From: a virus | Taxonomy: Duplodnaviria > Caudoviricetes | IMG/VR virus record: IMGVR_UViG_3300012231_000041 | Location: 1-26,356 of that record | Direction: 5' to 3' (one strand) | Length of the DNA: 26,356 nt | Part shown: positions 1 through 10,005 of the stretch, piece after piece | Layout: each line of letters opens with the position of its first letter | Position numbering within the stretch: position 1 is the stretch's first letter | Made by a program: the position numbers and the translations under genes | Notes under the pieces: model-generated | What the model was told of the DNA's origin: nothing | What the model saw: the letters and a program-made list of their open reading frames with translations, nothing else | Database searches by the model: none

Positions 1-669
1 TAGTGCGCTTCTTCCTGCCCTACCTGTAACACTAGTTATTGCTTTACCAGTAATACCCGGAACACCAAACCCACCTGATAGAGAACCCAACGCAAGCGCC
101 GTAGTATGAGCACCCGGCCCTACCATAGTCTGGATAAGATTAGTTCTCGCTTCCGTCTCAGTCATGCCATCAGCAATATTATCAGAATATTGCTGGCTTA
201 GCGCAAGCAACTCCTCATGAGTTTTAGTATCAACAGACTCCTGAACACTACTTGTTAAATCAGCATCAGTAAGAACACCAGCGGCGGCGGCACTAGCTGC
301 CGCACCGCCCAAACCTCCCGTTAAAATAACTGGAAGAGTAGACGCGAGTATGTATGGAGAAGTCCCTACAAACTGTGCAAACGCCCATCCTGCAGGCGAC
401 CGATAAAACTCAGGTGAACCAATTTCTGACTCAAACTGCTTACGCCCTGCCGGTGTTAGCTCTTCAAGCTGTGCGGCTTTACTTTCTCTCAATGATCGCT
501 GAGTAGGGGCGAGTAGCGCAGCTACGTTTGGCCCACCATATTCACGAGCTTCGCCAACTAGCGCCGCCAGCATACCATACGAACCCGACTGGAACTCTTG
601 GAAATAGTCCCCGTAGGTTGGTACGGCTGATGTTGACTCTAGCTCGGACTCTCGTCCCCACTCAGGCAT
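1..669 (-). CDS. Large internal virion/ejection protein, N-terminal part (runs off the window)
   Basis: Not in the ORF track. ATG at 669 abuts the upstream stop, has a GGAG RBS and reads open to position 1 (MPEWGRESELESTSAVPTYGDYFQ...; Gly/Ala-rich hydrophobic stretches such as LPVILTGGLGGAAASAAAAG). It follows two other ejection-type genes. Confidence 0.75.
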   Translation of the reverse strand, partial: MPEWGRESELESTSAVPTYGDYFQEFQSGSYGMLAALVGEAREYGGPNVAALLAPTQRSLRESKAAQLEELTPAGRKQFESEIGSPEFYRSPAGWAFAQFVGTSPYILASTLPVILTGGLGGAAASAAAAGVLTDADLTSSVQESVDTKTHEELLALSQQYSDNIADGMTETEARTNLIQTMVGPGAHTTALALGSLSGGFGVPGITGKAITSVTGRAGRSAL

Positions 670-3600
670 TTAAAATCTCCGCTGTGGAGGAGGTTCGCTA
701 TATGGAGTAGGAGTTGGTCGCCATCCCGGCTGAGCCCACGCAGGCGGCTGATCATAGGGCAGGGCTCCTTGCTTTACTCCTGCCGGCCGTTGCAGAGCGC
801 CCGGTGTATACCTTTCTCTTGCTGCATTAGCCGCTTCAGCAGCCTGTTTATCAAATGCTTCGCGTGCTTTACTTGGGGCTTCTCTTACATGCGTCTGGAA
901 CTCCCCGCCAAACTTCTCCTGCTCAGCCTGCATTTTATTCATAAGCCCAGTGCGAATAGTTTCTGCAGTAGCTTCGGGAATATTGTATTTAGTAGGACTA
1001 CCAAGGAATTCTACTTTCCAAGTACCCTCATAGTCACCACGTGAAGCCCGCATGGGCATATTATTAGTACCCCCTGCAGGATCACTGTTAGCAAGCATTC
1101 TCCCTAGATCACGAACAATATCTTCTGTTAGTTTACTCGGATTAGTCTGAAGCGTTTCTGTTACAATAGAAACAAGGTCATTCCCGTAAGTGTCCCTAAG
1201 AAGTTTCATACTCTCTGCTAACGAACCGGGCTTCGGCTCACCACTAAGAGTAAGGCCCTCCCCACGAACCGTTTCAAATGCTTCAAGTTCAGCACGTATA
1301 TCACCTCGGGCTACGGCTGTAGGCGGCTGTGCTGCTTCATTTGCTTTAGTGCGTATAGCATTTCCTTCATCTTTTAGTTTCTGAATATCATCTCTTTCAG
1401 CTTCTGTTGGCTGCTCAGCAAGACTAAATCCAGCCGCTTCAGACGTATCAGGAGTTTCAAGCATCGGTATAGCACGACGCGTAAAATCTCCTGCAGAAGT
1501 TTCGGGAGGCTCAGCCGGTCCTGCGGCGTTCAACTCTGCTTGCGCAGCTTCAAATCCTGCAGAGGGCGGCGTTCTTCCCATAGCGCGAAGCATCTGGCGC
1601 TCAATATCAGCCGGGCTCCAACTCATTACATACGCCTCAGCCTCTTCTTTAGTATACGACTGCTGGTGAACAATATCTTTAGTTCCAACATCTGCTACAG
1701 TTAAAAGATAACCATCGCCATCTTTTTCAACTGTTGTTTCTGTTCCGTCGTTTAAATATGCCTGCGCCTGTGCCAGCATCTGCATAGCTTCATCTGTGCG
1801 CCCCTGTGTTAGCAACTGTTTTGCAAACGCCATACGCTTGTTAATATGGGGCTTAAACGCCTGATAAAGCGCCCCCATCGCTGCTTGCGTTTTTGCTTCA
1901 TCACCATGTCTCGATGCAAACTCATATGCGTAATTAAGTGTTGCCAAATTTAATTCTGCTTGGCTAAACTTGTCCCCCGGCTTAAACGATTTCTGTGTTA
2001 CTTCTTGTATTCTTGCCAGAGCCTTACCACCACTCGTGTCACCTGTTAAAAAGTCTCGCTGTGCCTGCTGTCGATTTTGATCAGGAACAGCAGCGCGTCC
2101 CATCAAACCAGCCTGCTGCACAGCGCCTTTCATTCCAGCACGAGAACCTTCCATGGCACCTTTTACTATGTTTGCCCGTATAATATCTTTTCTTTCGGAC
2201 TCACCCCTTGGTGCTACACGCTGACTAGTACCCTTCTCACCGACTATTTCTGCACCGCCACTTCTAAGTAGATTATTTGCATACTCTAATCTTGTTCCCG
2301 CGCTTTCATCACCATAGCGGATAAATTTCTTAAGCGCAGCATTAGCAGCTTCAGGTGTAGTAGCCGTCATAAACTCTTGCCATGCAGCTTTATCTTGGCC
2401 CGAACCTAAGCTTTCGCCTTCCTGAACAAGAAATTCCAACTGTGTTTCCAGCGAGTTAGCATCGCCACCATTATCTGCAGCGAACTGTTCCAGCTTAGCT
2501 AAGCGATCCTGACGCCACTGGATTACCCCCTTTGCGCCTTCTTTCTCGTTAAATGCATTTGGATCGCCACTGCTTTCCTGCTGGATGTTACCCGCAAGCA
2601 CTGCAGCCTGCATCTGCGGCATATCGTTTTGCTGTAATATCTGATACGCTCTTGCAACGCCAGCCGGGCGCGAGCCTGTTCCCTGTGGCTGAGACGACGG
2701 CCCAGCACCTGCGTTCATACCATCTTTAAGCCACTTCGGAGCGTTCGCGCCTTTGCCACCAGCACCCCATACACCCGGATCGCCGAAGCCTACATGGATA
2801 GTGTGTTCTCCCATGTAGTCCAGTCCTGCACCAAACCCTGTCGCGCCTGCGTCCCTAGCAGCCCGCATATACTGTAGTATCTTCTCACGCCCCTCAGGCG
2901 TTCTCATACTTACGGGTTTACCTGTTGCTTCGTCTATAAGCTGAATATCTCCTGCTCCTACGTCACTGTCGTGGCGATGTGAGCCAGTACGATTAGGGCC
3001 AGATGACTCCTGCGCCCCAGATGTTACTTTCACAGTTAACCCTGTCTGGGCACTTGCCTGCTCCATCATGGTGCGAGTTCGGTCATTCAGAGGTAGTTTC
3101 CTTGTGCCACTTTGGGCTTCAATAACTCTTCCCTGTCCATGAGCACGACCAATATTTGGCTTGTCAATTCTTGCTCCTGCGTGCTCCACACCCGGAGTAA
3201 AACTTGCCCGCTCTACACCCCGTGTACCAATAGGAAGTGCTGCTTCAGGACGATTTGGGCGAGGTTGTGGTATGCGTGCAGCTTCACCAGCCCCACTGCT
3301 ATTCCAACTTGAAAGTGGTTTACCTGAATCACTATCTAAAAGAGCTGTACCAGCGGTACCATGAGGAACAACAGGACGCGGAGATTCGGCTTTTAATTGA
3401 TCATAACGTTGCCGTTCTTCCTTAGACAATGCAAAGAATTGACTATCCGTCATTCTCTCATAGTCTTCTAATGTTCTAGCAGGGGTTGCTGCTGCTTCTC
3501 CAGCCTCTCCACGTAAAAGTCCCTCACCTTCAGTACGAGGCGGTGGTGTACCTGCTGGCTCACTAGGAGAGCGAAGCACTGGCTCTGTATCTGTGGGGGC

Positions 3601-4425
3601 TCTATCAGCCGTAAGAGGCGCTCCCGACATTGGCGCAGGAATAGGGGCATTAGCTGCATCTGTAAGCGGTCCATCCCCTACATAGGGCTCATCTGGATTT
3701 TCGCCCGGAGCAGGCTCATCAAGATCGTCAGGATCAGGGTCAGCAAGTGTAGGAATAGCCTCTTCTGCTGGAACAGCCTCATCCGGGCCTTCACCCGGAA
3801 AATACCCATGTTCGGCATAGTAGTTCATCATGGGCCATGTTACTTCTTCCCCACGCTGTTGGGACCATAAATTTTTTGCTCCAATTTTGTCGGCCATCAG
3901 CCCTAAATTTATAGCAGCCGTCTCTGCTTGTGTATGCTCTGTAGTAGCATTGGAACTATCAATTTCAGCTTTAATTCTAGCCCCTGCATATGGAAGCTCC
4001 GCAATAAGCTTATTAGCTTCTGCGTCATTCAAACGTCCCCCAGCCCTAAGGGATTCAATATCTGCTCTTGTTTTTTCGAGTTCCAGTTCTTGTTGTTTTG
4101 GATCATTTTCCCATTTAGCACGTGTTACTTTTTCCGCTGTTAGCAGCGATTCTTGCCTAGCGCGTTCCGTCTCAGCTTTTCTAGCCTCTCTAACATCAGG
4201 AAGGTCTGCTTTTTCTTCAGTCCATTTCTCCCTATTTATATCTAGCGTACCTTGGTCTATAGCCAGTCTATCTCTTGCTAATTTATCCTCTAGATCAGTC
4301 TTACGTTTTTCCTCATCAAGAGTATCATAGCCCAATGCCGTCCGTTCCTTTTCGGACTTACGCTGAGTTACAGCACTAAACGAGCTTGTGAGGCTGTCAG
4401 CAAACCCATCAAAGAACGAGCCCAT
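670..4425 (-). CDS. Internal virion/ejection protein with M15-like peptidase and phage tail lysozyme domains
   Basis: 1251 aa. VTSG...SHRHDSDVGAGD...HTIHVG fits peptidase M15 Zn ligands; LAGNIQQESS...GVIQW...RL...TQLEFL fits phage tail lysozyme (Phage_lysozyme2). Coiled-coil N-terminus and Pro/acidic linker. Confidence 0.8.
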   Translation of the reverse strand: MGSFFDGFADSLTSSFSAVTQRKSEKERTALGYDTLDEEKRKTDLEDKLARDRLAIDQGTLDINREKWTEEKADLPDVREARKAETERARQESLLTAEKVTRAKWENDPKQQELELEKTRADIESLRAGGRLNDAEANKLIAELPYAGARIKAEIDSSNATTEHTQAETAAINLGLMADKIGAKNLWSQQRGEEVTWPMMNYYAEHGYFPGEGPDEAVPAEEAIPTLADPDPDDLDEPAPGENPDEPYVGDGPLTDAANAPIPAPMSGAPLTADRAPTDTEPVLRSPSEPAGTPPPRTEGEGLLRGEAGEAAATPARTLEDYERMTDSQFFALSKEERQRYDQLKAESPRPVVPHGTAGTALLDSDSGKPLSSWNSSGAGEAARIPQPRPNRPEAALPIGTRGVERASFTPGVEHAGARIDKPNIGRAHGQGRVIEAQSGTRKLPLNDRTRTMMEQASAQTGLTVKVTSGAQESSGPNRTGSHRHDSDVGAGDIQLIDEATGKPVSMRTPEGREKILQYMRAARDAGATGFGAGLDYMGEHTIHVGFGDPGVWGAGGKGANAPKWLKDGMNAGAGPSSQPQGTGSRPAGVARAYQILQQNDMPQMQAAVLAGNIQQESSGDPNAFNEKEGAKGVIQWRQDRLAKLEQFAADNGGDANSLETQLEFLVQEGESLGSGQDKAAWQEFMTATTPEAANAALKKFIRYGDESAGTRLEYANNLLRSGGAEIVGEKGTSQRVAPRGESERKDIIRANIVKGAMEGSRAGMKGAVQQAGLMGRAAVPDQNRQQAQRDFLTGDTSGGKALARIQEVTQKSFKPGDKFSQAELNLATLNYAYEFASRHGDEAKTQAAMGALYQAFKPHINKRMAFAKQLLTQGRTDEAMQMLAQAQAYLNDGTETTVEKDGDGYLLTVADVGTKDIVHQQSYTKEEAEAYVMSWSPADIERQMLRAMGRTPPSAGFEAAQAELNAAGPAEPPETSAGDFTRRAIPMLETPDTSEAAGFSLAEQPTEAERDDIQKLKDEGNAIRTKANEAAQPPTAVARGDIRAELEAFETVRGEGLTLSGEPKPGSLAESMKLLRDTYGNDLVSIVTETLQTNPSKLTEDIVRDLGRMLANSDPAGGTNNMPMRASRGDYEGTWKVEFLGSPTKYNIPEATAETIRTGLMNKMQAEQEKFGGEFQTHVREAPSKAREAFDKQAAEAANAARERYTPGALQRPAGVKQGALPYDQPPAWAQPGWRPTPTPYSEPPPQRRF

Positions 4426-4427
4426 TG

Positions 4428-4443
4428 CTACTTCTCCAAGTAA
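4428..4443. promoter_or_regulatory. 16-bp palindromic site over the RBS of the 1251-aa gene
   Basis: CTACTTCTCCAAGTAA; the minus strand reads TTACTTGGAGAAGTAG-CA-ATG. Confidence 0.8.
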
Positions 4444-5466
4444 CTATGCTGTCGCAGTTTCAGGGATTGCGCCAGTCAGCATTTCTTGTTTCTTATTCCG
4501 AATACTCTCAATTTGCTTATACGCCCACTCTTGGCCCTTCCACTCGACCACATCTCGGGGCAATACAAACTCACCAGCTTCAGCCATAACCTTCACATCG
4601 TCCGGTATCGCTCCACGGCTAGGACTTGCTTCCTGCGGAATAGCGCCGCCTTCCTCTGCAAACAACCCTATACCAGCACCAACTACAGACCCAAGCGCCG
4701 ATCCCCACCCACCCGAAGCCTGAAGCTGTGAGTTATACGCGCTTACTTGGTTTGCATAAGACTGATTAAGCGCGTCAGCGCCTACATTAAGCGCAGTACT
4801 ACCAGCATTAAAATAACTCGCCGGCATACCCATAGCATTCGTGCCGGCATTAGTAGCACCGGCTGTAGTACTCCCGCCAGTGCCGCCAGCATTTGTTCCA
4901 GTCTGAAGCGCCGTTGTAGACTGCCCCGGATAGCCCTTACCAAGCTCTACAGCAGAGCCCAAAAGCCCAATACCCGTAGCTTCTGTTTGTTTTATAGCTT
5001 GCTGACCTGCAGCGGCGCTTGTTGCTGCTTCGGCTGTCATCATAGCCGGATCAAGGCTAGAATATTTGATATCAGCTACGTTAATGCCATAGTCCACAAG
5101 CTGTTGCTGAGCCGCTTTTTGTGTGGCTTCAAACTGCTGAGCAACGCCAGCCTGTGCAGCTTCAGCTTCTTGAAATGCCCGTTCGGGAGTCATATAGCTT
5201 TGCGCATAAGCTATATATTGATCTTCTAGCGGTTGGAAAACTTGCTCATAGCGCTCACGATCCGCAGCCGCTGTTTCGTTGGCGAACTCCTGAGACTCGA
5301 TTAGGCTAGGTATAATTTGATCATAATACTCCTTATCGGAGTAGTAAACCTCCTGCGCCCAAGCAAGCTGTTGCTGCGCAATGTCATAGGATAGCTGCGC
5401 TGCTTCCATAGAAGCATCGGCTATAGCTGTCATATCAGGAGGATCAGGGGGGTCAGGTTTGCTCAT
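4444..5466 (-). CDS. Ejection/DNA-transfer (pilot-like) protein
   Basis: 340 aa, Ala/Gln/Gly-rich helical protein with GGWGSALGSVVGAGIGLF segment; located just after the GNAT-like gene, as in podoviruses. Confidence 0.65.
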   Translation of the reverse strand: MSKPDPPDPPDMTAIADASMEAAQLSYDIAQQQLAWAQEVYYSDKEYYDQIIPSLIESQEFANETAAADRERYEQVFQPLEDQYIAYAQSYMTPERAFQEAEAAQAGVAQQFEATQKAAQQQLVDYGINVADIKYSSLDPAMMTAEAATSAAAGQQAIKQTEATGIGLLGSAVELGKGYPGQSTTALQTGTNAGGTGGSTTAGATNAGTNAMGMPASYFNAGSTALNVGADALNQSYANQVSAYNSQLQASGGWGSALGSVVGAGIGLFAEEGGAIPQEASPSRGAIPDDVKVMAEAGEFVLPRDVVEWKGQEWAYKQIESIRNKKQEMLTGAIPETATA

Positions 5467-5921
5467 GCTGCTTCCCGTCTAGCTTTTAAGTGATCCCAAA
5501 ACAAAAGTTTCCTAGGTTTCAGGTTCAACCATTTACAGTCTTCCTTGTGCATCGTGAGTATATGCAAGTCCCCATCTGGCACTGCATCAGGAATAGTTGC
5601 AACAATCTTAAACCCAATATGCGTGTCAAACTTAAGGGCTGGGAGATTATTAGACCCAACTCGTCCAATTATTACTTTACAACGTAGCTGTTTAAAAGGA
5701 TATGTAAACACCAGCCAGAGCAAGTTTCTGTTCATCCAATTAGGTCTGAAACTAGCCACATGCATACAAATACTAACACCACTATAGCTATCGTATACCA
5801 CTCCCCCGTAGAGCACTCCGTTTTCAGAACGTGAGATGACAGTCTCCCCATGTGGATTATACACCGCATGAGTTGCCTTAGCGATCTGATGTCCGTGCAT
5901 ATGGTTACCTAGTTCGATCAT
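5463..5921 (-). CDS. GNAT-fold virion-module protein (T7 gp13/P22 gp14-like position)
   Basis: 152 aa; VFTYPFKQL...NLPALKFDTHIGFKI resembles the GNAT C-terminal motif; 4-bp overlaps with both neighbours. Confidence 0.7.
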   Translation of the reverse strand: MIELGNHMHGHQIAKATHAVYNPHGETVISRSENGVLYGGVVYDSYSGVSICMHVASFRPNWMNRNLLWLVFTYPFKQLRCKVIIGRVGSNNLPALKFDTHIGFKIVATIPDAVPDGDLHILTMHKEDCKWLNLKPRKLLFWDHLKARREAA

Positions 5922-6121
5922 CTGCGTGGTATTTGATCCCTAGTTATAACCCCAACAGCTACAAGGTCTTCCCATGTTACTGCGCTATGACTAAACACCT
6001 TATGGCTGCGGTTTCCTACAAGTGTGTCCACGGTTGTCTTAAGCGCAGAAATAACCTCCTGATGTGACTCTACAGTCATTACCGGCTCTGCAATTGGCGG
6101 ATAGTCACCACGATGCGGCAT
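5918..6121 (-). CDS. Hypothetical protein
   Basis: 67 aa, overlaps both neighbours in an operon-like way. Confidence 0.7.
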   Translation of the reverse strand: MPHRGDYPPIAEPVMTVESHQEVISALKTTVDTLVGNRSHKVFSHSAVTWEDLVAVGVITRDQIPRR

Positions 6122-7923
6122 TACACTGTCCTAAGGTCTTTCGGGGAACTTCCAAAGTGTACCGAAGTAATATCTACCCGTGTTTGAATTTCGAATTTAA
6201 AGAAATCGTATTTTGTATCACTGGGTAACCTGAGTAATTCACCTGACGTTCGCACTTCATGTACAGCCAGTAACCTCTCATCTCCATACCATCTGATCAA
6301 AGCATACTGATCCTCAGACAAATCCGACTGAAGCTGAGAAGTATTTCTTATTGGATTTTGTGTTGGCGTATTTGGCACAAGATCGAAGTAAATCTTAGCT
6401 GCAGCAAAGTTGTCTTTGTATTGCGCTTGGAAGTCTTTGCTATGCCACACACAGGGCTCTGTAGTTTGGGTTGCGTCGGCTAGATCAAGCCAGTAAACCT
6501 TATTCCCCTTGAGTATAAGTAACTCACTACTCCAAGCATCATGTTGGACGTTATTAACCGGCTCATCGCTCTCTAGTAGCACTAAAGATATTCGCTGATT
6601 ACGCGGCTCGATGTAAACACCCTGTCCTACACCTAAAAAATCATCCTGCTGAAAAGAGTTACTTTGGAACGTATCATTTTGAAATACACCAGATTGCACC
6701 GTACCGAAGCCATAATAAGTGCTAGTGCCTAGTTTACCCGCGCGAAATCTACCTGATTTCACATATTGCTGCCATGTCTCTTTAGAAATAAACGCCTGTG
6801 AGATATTAGACGCTACACCAGATTGGAGTAAGATCAACCCGTTACCAGACGAGTAATACACCCCTTCCTGAAAAGTAACTATGCTCCCACGACTCGTACA
6901 GGGCTCAAACATAGACACGCGCGTGGGCATCATAGCAAGCGGATTTGCGCCCATTATAACTACAGGGTATCCTCTTGTCATTGCAAATATGGTCTGGCCT
7001 ATGCAGGCCAACCCTACAATAGGGTACTCCAGCGTGAGCACGGCAAGACTAGACCACGCATGGGGCCTAAACGGCTCACTAAACCAAACTTCACTCTCTC
7101 GCCATCCAGCGATTACACCGTTTGGCCCCATACAAAAGCCTTCCAAATCTGACGGAGGCGGGGTCCAAAACTCTGATTCGAGTATATGATTACCGGTTAT
7201 GTCTACAGAGTTAATGCTCGTATCAACGTAAGATGTTACGTTCACAAGTAGCTCTGTGATCTGAAAGAACGTTGCAACTCCCGTTGACCCGGTAATAGCA
7301 CGGTACAAACGTTTCTTAGTGATATTACGGTTCACCCCCATATCCCCTGAGGGAGGGATAGGAATATTAGTCAAAGTCCAAGTCGCATCGAGTTTACCAG
7401 TCCCACTAACTGGGGGGCTTGGCGCGCTCTCTTCTCCATATTCGGTAACGTAAGTAACAACATACGCCGTTGAAACAAGAGTGCTGGAAGAGCCAAGCGT
7501 AATAGTCAGCGTAGGGGCCGTAGCCGGAAGGGGTATCCCAAGTAGCCATGCCGGATTACCCGATATAATTCTGCTTTTTGTATTGTAACTAGGCGGACCA
7601 GAAGTAGACGCCCAATAGTACCTGTCGTGCACGTCTCCAAAGACTGATCCTCGAATAACATCTGTGTCAGGGTTCTCAAAGAACATATAGGTACTTTCAC
7701 CCATAACGTTATCTGAGTTCCCGTAGTCTTTAGGTATCCGATATACCTTTCCAACCATAGGCATACCGACAGCTTCCGTAAGAAACTTCGGCTTATAGAA
7801 CCCGTTTAGCACACCGCTATTTAGCCAAGCATTGACGGCATAGCTAGCTTGGGTGACAGGCAAATACCTGTCCTCCAAGGCTGGAGCCATGCCGCCAAAA
7901 AGTTCGACTTTAAGCGCAACCAC
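6121..7923 (-). CDS. Tail tubular protein B / nozzle (P22 gp10-like) protein
   Basis: 600 aa, beta-rich; YVVTYVTEYGEESAPS and VWFSEPFRPHAW motifs; size and position fit. Confidence 0.7.
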   Translation of the reverse strand: MVALKVELFGGMAPALEDRYLPVTQASYAVNAWLNSGVLNGFYKPKFLTEAVGMPMVGKVYRIPKDYGNSDNVMGESTYMFFENPDTDVIRGSVFGDVHDRYYWASTSGPPSYNTKSRIISGNPAWLLGIPLPATAPTLTITLGSSSTLVSTAYVVTYVTEYGEESAPSPPVSGTGKLDATWTLTNIPIPPSGDMGVNRNITKKRLYRAITGSTGVATFFQITELLVNVTSYVDTSINSVDITGNHILESEFWTPPPSDLEGFCMGPNGVIAGWRESEVWFSEPFRPHAWSSLAVLTLEYPIVGLACIGQTIFAMTRGYPVVIMGANPLAMMPTRVSMFEPCTSRGSIVTFQEGVYYSSGNGLILLQSGVASNISQAFISKETWQQYVKSGRFRAGKLGTSTYYGFGTVQSGVFQNDTFQSNSFQQDDFLGVGQGVYIEPRNQRISLVLLESDEPVNNVQHDAWSSELLILKGNKVYWLDLADATQTTEPCVWHSKDFQAQYKDNFAAAKIYFDLVPNTPTQNPIRNTSQLQSDLSEDQYALIRWYGDERLLAVHEVRTSGELLRLPSDTKYDFFKFEIQTRVDITSVHFGSSPKDLRTV

Positions 7924-8127
7924 TTACTTGCCTTCCACTGCCTTCTTCCCGGCTTCCATCTCTGCTTTTGTTTTAGCAGAAGGTTCAGGGGGAGGAGCTT
8001 CTACTACAGGAGGCTCGGGCGGCTGTTCCGGTGGCTTAGCGCCAGTGTAAACCTCGTCCGCTTTTGCCTTCGGGAACCCTTCCTTACTTTCGGAAGTAGC
8101 TTTCTTCTCGTCTTTGTGGTCAACCAT
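7924..8127 (-). CDS. Small Pro/Glu/Lys-rich hypothetical protein
   Basis: 67 aa, AGGAGG RBS, directly abuts the next gene. Confidence 0.65.
   Translation of the reverse strand: MVDHKDEKKATSESKEGFPKAKADEVYTGAKPPEQPPEPPVVEAPPPEPSAKTKAEMEAGKKAVEGK
8084..8099. promoter_or_regulatory. 16-bp palindromic site (intragenic)
   Basis: TTACTTTCGGAAGTAG, exact match to YTACTT-N4-AAGTAR. Confidence 0.7.
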
Positions 8128-8138
8128 CGTAGTTCCTC

Positions 8139-8822
8139 CTAAAGTTTAGCAGATACTTCTCTGCGAAGCTTATCTCCGCATGCCTTAGCGCCTGAAATAC
8201 TAGGATCAAACGCTAATTTTGTATAATCCCACTTCCCACTTTGTGCAATACCAAGGTTACTCTGAACCTCAGCATGGCTCAAAACTGTAGTAGGCGACAC
8301 TGGAATACTATAACGATCACACAAATCAGCAACAACCTCCGACAACATATGCCACTGTATGTCTGTCATCGGATACAGGCCAGCATTAAACGGACTCTCC
8401 ACTGCACCAGACATACAGCAAAGACTAACCCCGATAGCCCCCGTATTACAGCTAGCCGTATGCGCTGCGTAATTGCCGTCACCGGTAGAGTCGTTATCAG
8501 AAATTGAGTGGTCACCGCGTACAAGCTTCCCATCACCCTCGATTAGAATATGGTAGTGTTCTTTATCGGTTGCATTAGCTGTGTGCGCCCCTGCTGTCCA
8601 ATGACAAATAATCTTATTAGCTTTGGCATTAGGCATCCAATCTGCAGGGACAACGGATTCTACCTCAGTAAACTCTAGTGGAGGAGCCAAGTCGCGCGGT
8701 GGTGCGTACTTCTCCAACGCATCAAACACCGCTTCCTCAGTCTTAGGTCCATAGTCCCCATCAATGGGACCGGGGTTAAAACCAAGTTCCAGCAACCATT
8801 CCTGAAGTTCTTGGGTTCTCAT
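8139..8822 (-). CDS. Endolysin: peptidoglycan-binding domain plus N-acetylmuramoyl-L-alanine amidase (Amidase_2 type)
   Basis: LQEWLLELGFNPGPIDGDYGPKTEEAV (PG_binding_1); IICHWTAG, HYHILI, AAHT..CNTGAIGV, VLSHAEV amidase motifs. Confidence 0.88.
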   Translation of the reverse strand: MRTQELQEWLLELGFNPGPIDGDYGPKTEEAVFDALEKYAPPRDLAPPLEFTEVESVVPADWMPNAKANKIICHWTAGAHTANATDKEHYHILIEGDGKLVRGDHSISDNDSTGDGNYAAHTASCNTGAIGVSLCCMSGAVESPFNAGLYPMTDIQWHMLSEVVADLCDRYSIPVSPTTVLSHAEVQSNLGIAQSGKWDYTKLAFDPSISGAKACGDKLRREVSAKL

Positions 8823-9658
8823 GGATAAACTCCATGGTGCACGATGAAGCTAAGCAACATCGTAGGTTGGATATTAAGATGCGGCTGGTCAACAGTGCCA
8901 GACATGCTTAGAGCATGCGTATGCGTGCCGGTTCCAGACTCAGAAGTTAGACCAACATTTGCTGGAGTTGTAGCGCCATCCAACTGATATGGGTTTGAGC
9001 CTGCAGTATTCTGGGTAACTACAGTCTCAGTGCTGCTAACAGACGGGCTTGTATCGTTTTGGTCGCCGTCGATAGCAACCCAGTGCTTATGTGGAGTAGC
9101 AGTTGGAGCCAGCGTATGGGTATGTGTAGGCACCTCAGTAGCAAGCAAAATATGCCGCTCAGTACCGGCTGCTCTGCCAATCTCTGTAGGACCAGTTGGG
9201 AACGTAGCAACTGTAAGACGATTAGCAGCAGTGCCGCCCATATTGTCTTTACCCGCAGGCACGCGCCCGCGCATATCGGGTATATTAAACGTTGTTGTGC
9301 CGTCGCCAACACCAAATTTATCGCCAGTTATGGCAAACAATGCGCTGTAAGTTGCCCGTGAGACTGAGCGTCCATCGCAAATAAACCAGCCTACAGGCTC
9401 AGAGTTTCCAGCTAGAGGCAACACTACTCCTACAGGAAACGCTTTTGTAGTGTTTACTAGCTCCCCACCAATAAATTCTAGTCCAGCACCAACAGGAACT
9501 TCCTCAACTGGACCCGCGCCAGAAGCTACTTTACCAATTAACGTTGGCCCAGTTGCCTCAAACTCGTGCACTCTGTTCCAATCAGAGGGCTTTACTAGGC
9601 TCGTATCAGAGCCGTCGCCCTTCGTAGATTGAAAAATATGTTTTATTTCGACAGTCAT
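8819..9658 (-). CDS. Tail fibre protein with phage tail collar domain
   Basis: PVGVVLPLAG..PVGWFICDGRSVSRATYSALFAITG...TFNIPDMRGRVP collar motif; HTH metal-binding repeats; PHLNIQP C-terminus. Confidence 0.88.
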   Translation of the reverse strand: MTVEIKHIFQSTKGDGSDTSLVKPSDWNRVHEFEATGPTLIGKVASGAGPVEEVPVGAGLEFIGGELVNTTKAFPVGVVLPLAGNSEPVGWFICDGRSVSRATYSALFAITGDKFGVGDGTTTFNIPDMRGRVPAGKDNMGGTAANRLTVATFPTGPTEIGRAAGTERHILLATEVPTHTHTLAPTATPHKHWVAIDGDQNDTSPSVSSTETVVTQNTAGSNPYQLDGATTPANVGLTSESGTGTHTHALSMSGTVDQPHLNIQPTMLLSFIVHHGVYP

Positions 9659-10005
9659 GGTGTGTTCCGGGTTATTGGCTTCTTAGACTGGAAGCTCGCT
9701 TCAAACAACCAAATCGGACCCTGAGTTGCAATCAAATCGACTCGTTCTACGTCAAACATCATGCGCCCAACAGGAAGAATTATAGTCTGCTCTGGTGAAA
9801 GCGTAAACTGCAGCCTCCCATTTGCTCCGTCTACAATCATAAACCCGCCATTCTCAGTCGTAAGCTCAACCAATGGCTCGTTATCTTCACGAGAGTCTCT
9901 GATATGCCCCTTAAACATCCATGAAGTTATATCAATAGGAGCCGCAGTAGACTCATACCTAAAAGCGAAGTTCCTAGTGTATCTTGTGCCTTGAAAGCAG
10001 GGCAT
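9655..10005 (-). CDS. Virion structural protein (Ig-like/BppU N-terminal-like)
   Basis: Start reassigned to ATG 10005 (TAATG overlap, GAGGAG RBS), 116 aa; QGT...PIDITSW...GRLQFTLSPEQT...MFDVE pattern. Confidence 0.6.
   Translation of the reverse strand: MPCFQGTRYTRNFAFRYESTAAPIDITSWMFKGHIRDSREDNEPLVELTTENGGFMIVDGANGRLQFTLSPEQTIILPVGRMMFDVERVDLIATQGPIWLFEASFQSKKPITRNTP

Noticed and set aside
528-710. 60-aa plus-strand ORF and other short ORFs overlapping the structural genes
   Set aside because: They lie opposite or within longer, translationally coupled minus-strand genes.
1011-3041. Weak motif look-alikes at 1011 (CTACTTTCCAAGTAC) and about 3025 (TTACTTTCACAGTTAA)
   Set aside because: Too degenerate to separate from chance without a PWM score.
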